Of a stretch of 64,000 bases of DNA, positions 60,439 through 64,000 are shown piece by piece (position 1 is the stretch's first letter; each line of letters begins with the position of its first letter). The stretch is from an uncultured Acidobacteriota bacterium (GTDB lineage Bacteria; Acidobacteriota; Vicinamibacteria; Vicinamibacterales; Fen-181). The position numbers were made by a program, and so were the translations under genes. The stretch spans positions 196,326 to 260,325 of the forward strand of contig CAVZMW010000003.1 of assembly GCA_963776495.1 (NCBI GenBank), in the 5' to 3' direction. Below the pieces are notes generated by a model. The model had not been told where the DNA came from and ran no database searches. It saw only the letters and a program-made list of their open reading frames with translations.

Positions 60439-63400
60439 TTACTCAGTCGTCCCGGCGGCTCCGGCCGCCTGGATTCTGCTCGTTTTGACCCACGTCGCCA
60501 TGTAGGTGTAGACGACCGGCGTGAGATAGAGCGTGATGATCTGCGAGACGATCAGGCCGCCGACCACGGCGATGCCCAGCGGCCGCCGCGCCTCGCCGCC
60601 GGCGCCGAACCCCAGCGCGATCGGCAGCGCCCCGAGCAGCGTGGCCATGGTCGTCATCATGATCGGACGGAACCGGACGATGCAGCCCTGGTAGATCGCG
60701 TCAATGGGGGCGAGGTCCTGCTGGCGCTCGGCGTCGAGCGCGAAGTCGATCTGCATGATCGCGTTCTTCATGACCAGGCCGATGAGCAGGATCAGGCCCA
60801 CGTAGGAGTAGATGTTCAGCTCGTTGCCGGTCACCCACAGCGTCAGGAGGCCGCCAAGGGCCGCCGAGGGGAGGCCGGAGAGAATCGTGATCGGGTGGAT
60901 GTAGCTCTCGTAGAGCATCCCGAGGACGATGTAGACGACGCCGATGGCGATGAAGAACAGGACGTTGAGGTTGGCCAGCGACGCCTGGAACACCTTCGCC
61001 GACCCCTGGAAGTTGGTCGTCACCGTGGCCGGCAGGACCTGGCGCGAGACCCGGTTGATCTGATCGATCGCCGAGCCCAGCGAGACGCCCGGCTTGAGCG
61101 CGAACGAGATGCTCACGGCCGGCAGCTGCCCGTAGTGGTTGACGCTCTGCGGCCCGACGTCCTCCTTGATGTCCATCACCTCTTCGAGCGGGACCAGCGC
61201 GCCCTGCGGCGTCCTGAAGGAGATCTTCTTCAGCGACTCGGGCCGCTCCTGGTATTTCGGATCCAGCTCCAGCAGCACGCGGTACTGGGTCCGGTCGCCG
61301 TAGATCGTGCCCGCCAGCTGCTGGCCGAACCCGTTGGAGAGCGTCTGCGTGATCTGCGTCGCGTTCAGGCCGACGGCGGCCGCCTTGTCGCGGTTGATGG
61401 TCATGTTGACGCGCGGACTCTTGATCTCCATGTTGTCCGACACGTCCTGGATCGCGGGCAGGTCGGCCATGGCCGCTTCGAGCCGCGGCGTCCAGTAGAA
61501 GAGCTGCTCGTAGTCGAGGCTCTGGACCGTGACGTTGTAGCTGCTGTTGCCCCGGAAGCCGCCGATCTGGAGCGACGCCGGCACGCTGACGAAGGCGCGG
61601 AATCCCGGGAAGCGCCCGAGCGGTCCCCGGAGCTGCTGCGCGATCTGCTGCGCCGTCAGCTTCCGCGTGGCGCGGGGGCTCAGCTGGATGGTGAACCCGC
61701 CGCCGTAACCGCCGCCGCTCACGTTGGCCATCTGCGCGACGACATACGGGTTCGCCCGGATGATGTCGGCGATCCGCTGGACGTATCCGACCTGCTCGTA
61801 GAACGAGGTCCCCTGTGCCGACTGGAGGTTGACGCTCAGCGTGTCGTTGTCGGTGTCGGGGATGAATCCCTTCGGCACCAGTCCGAACACTTCCACGGTG
61901 GCGACGAGCACGGCCGCGAACGCGGCGAGCACCGCGAGGCGGTGCCGCAGGATGACCCTCAGGCTCCGCCCGTACGCCGACCGCAGCCGGTCGAACCCGC
62001 GGTCCATCAACGCCGCGAACCCGCGCTTGACCAGGACCACGCGCAGGAAGCGGCTGCAGAGCATCGGCGTGAGCGTGATCGAGACGACGCCCGAGATGAG
62101 CACCGTGCTCGTGATGGTGACCGCGAACTCGCGGAACAGCCGGCCGAGGATGCCCCCCATGAAGAGGAGCGGGATGAACACCGCCGACAGCGAGGCGGTC
62201 ATCGTCACGATCGTGAAGGCGATCTCCTTGGAGCCCGCGAGCGCAGCTGCCAGCGGCGACTCGCCGGCCTCCATGTGACGCACGGCGTTCTCGAGCATCA
62301 CGATCGCGTCGTCCACGACGAACCCGACAGAGAGGATGACCGCCATCATCGACAGGTTGTCGAGGCTGTAGTGCAGCATCTGCATCACGGCGAAGCTGCC
62401 CAGGATCGAGAACGGGAGCGCCAGCGCCGGGATGAGCGTCGCCGAGGTGTTGTGCAGGAAGAGATAGATGACGCCGACCACCAGGATGAGCGTGACGAAC
62501 AGCGTCATCCGGATGTCGGCGAACGCCGCGCGGATGTTCACCGAGCGATCCTGGCGGATCACGATGTGCACCGACGGCGGCAACTGGGCCTGGAGGCCTG
62601 GCAGCACGGCGCGGACGGCGTCGGCGACCTCGATGACGTTCGTGCCTGGCTGTTTCAGGACGTCGAGGGTGATGGACCGCTGGTAGGCGTTCTTCGTGAT
62701 GTACCACGCCCGCTGCGTGACGACCTGGACGCTGTCGATGACGTTGGCCACCTGGTTGAGCCGCACGGCCCGCCCGTCGCGGTAGGCGACGACAATCTGC
62801 GCGAATTCCGCGGCGTCGTTGAGCTGCCCTTTGGCCGCGATGGTATAGGTGGACAGCGGACCGAACAGCTGCCCGGTGGGCTGCGTGACGTTCCAGTTCC
62901 CGAGCGCCGTGCTGACTTCGTTGAGCCCGAGCCTCTGCGCCTGCAGCCGGTCGGGATCGACCTGGACGCGCACGGCGTACTTGGCGGCGCCTTGCACGTT
63001 GACCTGGGCGACGCCGCTCACCGTGGAGATGCGCGGGGCGAGAATGTCCTCCGCGTACTCGTCGACCTGCGTCATGTCGAGGGTGTCGGACGTCAGGTTG
63101 ATCGAGAGGATCGGCTGGTCGGCCGGATTCTGCTTGCGGAACGAGGGCGGGGCCGTCAGGGTGGCCGGCAGCAGCGGCATCGCGGCCGAGATGGCGGTCT
63201 GCACGTCGGTGATCGCGCTGTCGATGTTGCGGTTCAGGTCGAACGTCAGCGTGACCGAGCTGCTGCCGGTGCCGCTGCGCGAGGTCATCTCGTCGACGCC
63301 CGCGATCGTCGTGAACTGTCGTTCGAGCGGGCTGGCGACCGACGCCGCCATGGTGGCCGGATCGCCGCCGGGCAGGCTGGCGTTCACGCTGATCGTGGGA

Positions 63401-63525
63401 TACTCCACCGTCGGCAGGTCGCTGATCGGCAGCCCGAGGTACGCCACCACCCCGAACAAGGCGATCGCCGCCATCAGCAGACTGGTGGCAATCGGGCGCC
63501 TGATGAACGTTTCGGAGATGTTCAC
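60439..63525 (-). CDS. RND efflux permease (MdtB/MdtC-like), first subunit
   Basis: FIRRPIAT, VVDDAIVMLEN, GLVMKNAI, RFRPIMMTT. Confidence 0.95.
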   Translation of the reverse strand: MNISETFIRRPIATSLLMAAIALFGVVAYLGLPISDLPTVEYPTISVNASLPGGDPATMAASVASPLERQFTTIAGVDEMTSRSGTGSSSVTLTFDLNRNIDSAITDVQTAISAAMPLLPATLTAPPSFRKQNPADQPILSINLTSDTLDMTQVDEYAEDILAPRISTVSGVAQVNVQGAAKYAVRVQVDPDRLQAQRLGLNEVSTALGNWNVTQPTGQLFGPLSTYTIAAKGQLNDAAEFAQIVVAYRDGRAVRLNQVANVIDSVQVVTQRAWYITKNAYQRSITLDVLKQPGTNVIEVADAVRAVLPGLQAQLPPSVHIVIRQDRSVNIRAAFADIRMTLFVTLILVVGVIYLFLHNTSATLIPALALPFSILGSFAVMQMLHYSLDNLSMMAVILSVGFVVDDAIVMLENAVRHMEAGESPLAAALAGSKEIAFTIVTMTASLSAVFIPLLFMGGILGRLFREFAVTITSTVLISGVVSITLTPMLCSRFLRVVLVKRGFAALMDRGFDRLRSAYGRSLRVILRHRLAVLAAFAAVLVATVEVFGLVPKGFIPDTDNDTLSVNLQSAQGTSFYEQVGYVQRIADIIRANPYVVAQMANVSGGGYGGGFTIQLSPRATRKLTAQQIAQQLRGPLGRFPGFRAFVSVPASLQIGGFRGNSSYNVTVQSLDYEQLFYWTPRLEAAMADLPAIQDVSDNMEIKSPRVNMTINRDKAAAVGLNATQITQTLSNGFGQQLAGTIYGDRTQYRVLLELDPKYQERPESLKKISFRTPQGALVPLEEVMDIKEDVGPQSVNHYGQLPAVSISFALKPGVSLGSAIDQINRVSRQVLPATVTTNFQGSAKVFQASLANLNVLFFIAIGVVYIVLGMLYESYIHPITILSGLPSAALGGLLTLWVTGNELNIYSYVGLILLIGLVMKNAIMQIDFALDAERQQDLAPIDAIYQGCIVRFRPIMMTTMATLLGALPIALGFGAGGEARRPLGIAVVGGLIVSQIITLYLTPVVYTYMATWVKTSRIQAAGAAGTTE

Positions 63526-63531
63526 GGCGAC

Positions 63532-64000
63532 CTACTGCCCGCCCTGCCTGCCCTGTCCGCCCTGGCCGCTCCGCCCGTTGCCGGTCTGGCCCTGACCGCC
63601 ACCCTGGCCGCGCCCCCCCCGGCCGCGGCCGCCTCGACCTCCGGCGCCGCCGGTGGCCCGGCCGGCGCTGTCGGTGGCCTGGATGCGCGTCCCTTGCTCC
63701 AGGCGCAGCTGCCCCTCCGTGACGATCCGCTCGCCGGGGGTGAGCCCCTTGCCGATCACGACGGTTTCGCCGATCCGTTGGGCGACGGTGACGGGACGCA
63801 TGTCCACGGTGGAGTCCTGCTTCACGACGAAGACGAACTGACCGTCCTGGCCGGTCTGAACGGCCTGGCTCGGAACGACCGTCGCGTTGGCCAGCGTGGT
63901 CAGTCGCAGGGTGACGCGGGTGAACTGCCCGGGCCACAACCGGAGATCGGTGTTCGGGAACGTCGCCTTGAGCTTGATCGTGTCGGAGGCCTGATCGACC
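63532..64000 (-). CDS. RND periplasmic adaptor (MdtA-like), C-terminal part
   Basis: LWPGQF, VPSQAVQTG, GLTPGERIVTEGQ; Gly/Arg/Gln-rich tail; runs off the window end. Confidence 0.92.
   Translation of the reverse strand, partial: VDQASDTIKLKATFPNTDLRLWPGQFTRVTLRLTTLANATVVPSQAVQTGQDGQFVFVVKQDSTVDMRPVTVAQRIGETVVIGKGLTPGERIVTEGQLRLEQGTRIQATDSAGRATGGAGGRGGRGRGGRGQGGGQGQTGNGRSGQGGQGRQGGQ

Overview
High-GC bacterial DNA. The PadR plus orphan duplicated-permease cassettes and the gene set suggest Acidobacteriota, probably Vicinamibacteria-like (inference). Layout: (1-2.6 kb) a secreted subtilase with about 15 C-terminal NIVWG repeats coupled to a GNAT acetyltransferase, behind a sigma54-like promoter; (3-16.6 kb) housekeeping genes fabH, ruvBAC, yebC, a TonB-type receptor, a methyltransferase, a kynureninase/aminotransferase/DUF362/AI-2E run and a Dus; (16.6-25.7 kb) an accessory zone with pseudogenes, a Uma2 nuclease, a PadR-permease cassette flanked by two related 20-bp satellite arrays, corA and a RelE-type TA pair; (25.8-35 kb) a degenerate plus intact M14 peptidase pair, a TPR-thioredoxin protein, a Ser/Thr kinase and two selenoprotein genes missed or split by the ORF track; (35-40.6 kb) an ABC/LolA-like/beta-barrel operon; (40.6-57.3 kb) a second accessory zone with REP-like hairpins, a TA pair, an IS91-like remnant, three further Uma2 loci, two more permeases, an ECF module and an Aeromonas-ASP-like protease with a possible external chaperone; (57.3-64 kb) an MdtABC-like RND system. 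No tRNA, rRNA or CRISPR array was recognised. All alignments and counts were done by eye.
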